A stretch of 64,000 bases of DNA from an uncultured virus (IMG/VR IMGVR_UViG_3300025706_000025) (Duplodnaviria > Heunggongvirae > Uroviricota > Caudoviricetes), in the IMG/VR virus record IMGVR_UViG_3300025706_000025; one strand, written 5' to 3'. A program made the translations under genes and the position numbers. The stretch's first letter is position 1. Every line of letters begins with the position of its first letter. Positions 61,643 to 64,000 of the stretch are shown here, in pieces. The notes under the pieces are model-generated. The model saw only the letters and a program-made list of their open reading frames with translations, was not told the DNA's origin and searched no databases.

Positions 61643-63643
61643 ATGGACTTCACGAAGTTCAAGCAAGCCGTCGCGACCCAGTTCGGGAAGATGACGAAGG
61701 GTAATCCGGAGCTTTTCCGAACGGCGATTTCCAAAGAAGACGTGTGGAACACGTACCTCAATAGTTTCCCGGAGGGTACCAACAACGTCTACCGCGAGCG
61801 TCGCGAATACGACTGCAACTGCTGCAAGCAATTCATTCGTGCCGTCGGCAACGTGGTTGCCATCAATGACGGCAAGCTGGTCAGTATCTGGGATGTGATC
61901 ACCGGCGAGCCTGCTTACGACATTGTCGCGGCCGCCATGTCCAAAGCCGTTAAGGCGCATGCGATTCAAAACGTGTTTCGTCACTACGAGAACCGAGCCG
62001 GTACGGACAAGAACTTTGAAGCGCTTACTGACGGTGTAGGTGCCAAGGCGTGGAGTCATTTCTATATCGACATCCCGGCCGCGTATGTCGCCAAGAAAGC
62101 GGCTCTTGCTACGCTTCTCGGCGAACATCGCTCAACCTTCGACGTCATGCGTCGTGGGCTGATCGAAATCACCGATGAAGCTATCAGCACTGTGCAAGAG
62201 CTGATCGCACAGAATTCGCTGTACCGCGGCGCCGAGCACAAGCTGGCTGTCGATGCTTTTGCGAAGCTCAAGGCCGCGTACAAGAAGATGCCCACGGACG
62301 AGTTCGTCTGGGCTTCGCTCAAGAACTCTGCTCGCATTCGTAATACGGCCATCGGCACGTTGCTGGTCGATTTGTCCGACGGCAAAGAACTGGACGCAGC
62401 CGTTGCCTCTTTTGAAGCCAAGGTAGCCCCGACCAACTACAAGCGCCCGACGGCGCTTGTGACAAAGGCCATGATCGACAACGCCAAGAAGACGATCGAA
62501 GGACTCGGTCTGACTTCGGCACTCGAACGTCGCTTTGCGCGTATCGACGACATCACGATCAACAACGTGTTGTTTGCCGATCGTTCGACGACGGCCGCAA
62601 TGGAGGGCAGCGTCTTCGACTCTTTGCCAACCAAGACCGGGAAGGCACCCAACCTCGACAAGATCGAGGAAGTCACTATCGATCAGTTCCTCAACCATAT
62701 TTTGCCCAAAGCAAAATCCATCGAAGTGATGATGGATAATTCGCACATCGGCAATTTGGTCAGCCTTGTCGCCCCAGTCAATCCGACGGCTCGTCTCATG
62801 TTCAAGTGGGCAAACAAGTTCAGCTGGTCGTACAACGGCGAATTCGCCGACTCGATCAAGGAACGTGTCAAGGCCGCCGGTGGTAACGTCACCGGCGAGC
62901 TGTGCTGCCGCTTGGCATGGGACTACAAGGACGATCTGGATTTCCACATGCGAGAACCCGACGGCGGCCATATTTACTACGGCACGCGACGCGGTCGCTC
63001 ACGCTGTGGCGGTACGCTTGATGTCGATGCCAACGGCGCCGATGGTCAGCGTGAAAATCCGGTCGAGAACATCTTCTACGAACGTGTCGCGTCGATGCCC
63101 TCCGGAACGTACCAGCTGAAGGTGAATAATTACAATCGGCGTTCAACAGGGATCGGCTTTGAGGTCGAGATCGACCTGTTGGGTACCATCCATCGTTTTG
63201 CCTACGACAAGGTGCTTCGTGACGGCGATACCGTCGATGTGGCCGACATCCGCGTTTCCAAAGAGGGCGTCGTGATCAATTCCAAGCTGCCTTCGACTAC
63301 CTCGCAGAAGGAAGTCTGGGGCATCAAGACTAACAACTTCCAGAAGGTCAACGCCGTGATGCTGTCGCCCAATTTCTGGGACGATCGGCAAGTCGGCAAC
63401 AAGCATTTCTTCTTCATGCTCGACGGTTGTCTGAACGATGGCAAGGCCCGCGGCTTCTTCAACGAGTTTCTCGTCGAAGACCTGACACCACACCGTAAGG
63501 TGATCGAAATGGTCGGCAGCAAGATGAAGACCGATGAGTCAGAGCATCAGCTCAGCGGTCTCGGTTTCTCTAGCACCCAGCGGAACAGCTTGCTGTGCCG
63601 TGTCAAGGGTAGCTTTTCCCGCGTAGTAAAAATCCTTTTCTGA
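61643..63643 (+). CDS. conserved 666-aa phage protein (C-terminal YfaP/DUF2135-like domain)
   Basis: DCNCCKQF; W...DDLD.H..EP...LDVDAN...PVENI. Confidence 0.75.
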   Translation: MDFTKFKQAVATQFGKMTKGNPELFRTAISKEDVWNTYLNSFPEGTNNVYRERREYDCNCCKQFIRAVGNVVAINDGKLVSIWDVITGEPAYDIVAAAMSKAVKAHAIQNVFRHYENRAGTDKNFEALTDGVGAKAWSHFYIDIPAAYVAKKAALATLLGEHRSTFDVMRRGLIEITDEAISTVQELIAQNSLYRGAEHKLAVDAFAKLKAAYKKMPTDEFVWASLKNSARIRNTAIGTLLVDLSDGKELDAAVASFEAKVAPTNYKRPTALVTKAMIDNAKKTIEGLGLTSALERRFARIDDITINNVLFADRSTTAAMEGSVFDSLPTKTGKAPNLDKIEEVTIDQFLNHILPKAKSIEVMMDNSHIGNLVSLVAPVNPTARLMFKWANKFSWSYNGEFADSIKERVKAAGGNVTGELCCRLAWDYKDDLDFHMREPDGGHIYYGTRRGRSRCGGTLDVDANGADGQRENPVENIFYERVASMPSGTYQLKVNNYNRRSTGIGFEVEIDLLGTIHRFAYDKVLRDGDTVDVADIRVSKEGVVINSKLPSTTSQKEVWGIKTNNFQKVNAVMLSPNFWDDRQVGNKHFFFMLDGCLNDGKARGFFNEFLVEDLTPHRKVIEMVGSKMKTDESEHQLSGLGFSSTQRNSLLCRVKGSFSRVVKILF

Positions 63644-63654
63644 GGAGCAACATC

Positions 63655-64000
63655 ATGTTTGAAAAGGCATCACGCTTGCGTTTGCGCTTCGAAACGCCGA
63701 AGGGCTTATTGTCTGTCGAGGACATCTGGCATCTTCCGCTGACCAGTACCACTGGCAAAGCCAATCTCGACGATATCGCCAAGGACTTGAACGGGTTGAT
63801 TCAACACCAGAATATCGGCTCGTTCGTGCAGGGAACGGCAGCGGTCGACACCCTTGTGCAACTGAGATTTGCCATCGTGTTGCATGTGATCAAGGCACGT
63901 CTGGCGGAAAACGAAGCTATACGCATGTCTGCAGCCAAAGCCGAACAGAAGCAGAAGCTTCTCGGCCTGATCGCCCAGAAGCAGGACGAAGCTCTCGGTA
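63655..64000 (+). CDS. conserved phage protein, truncated by window end
   Basis: GAGGAG RBS; MFEKASRL.LRF...KG.LSVED.W.LPL; open to end of window. Confidence 0.7.
   Translation, partial: MFEKASRLRLRFETPKGLLSVEDIWHLPLTSTTGKANLDDIAKDLNGLIQHQNIGSFVQGTAAVDTLVQLRFAIVLHVIKARLAENEAIRMSAAKAEQKQKLLGLIAQKQDEALG

Overview
About 64 kb of a lytic, podovirus-like tailed dsDNA phage of a Gram-negative host (Rz/Rz1 spanins, SAR-type lysozyme). The window is not the whole genome: the last gene is truncated, and I saw no primase, RNA polymerase or integrase. Three blocks: (1) + strand 1-18.9 kb, replication and nucleotide metabolism (PD-(D/E)XK nuclease, tRNA cluster, SNF2 helicase, family A DNA polymerase, dCMP deaminase, ThyX, ligase, HNH/EndoVII endonucleases); (2) - strand 19.4-56.7 kb, morphogenesis and lysis (TerS, TerL, portal, scaffold, N4-gp56-type capsid, tail and ejection proteins including a 2511-aa giant); (3) + strand 57-64 kb, early hypothetical genes. 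The most striking signal is two inteins whose homing endonucleases are encoded out of frame, each with its own Shine-Dalgarno. In TerL, a contiguous 269-aa intein fully contains an EndoVII gene in another frame. In the DNA polymerase, the gene is fractured into IntN (102 aa) and IntC (37 aa) halves, bridged by an HNH gene in the third frame that overlaps splicing motifs of both halves. Also notable: tRNA-shaped RNAs with aberrant anticodon loops, a gp49/DUF2829 (Tad2-type) anti-defence cassette inside the head operon, and two diverged inverted ~140-bp AT-rich elements near the two strand switches. All family calls come from motif recognition by eye, not database searches.
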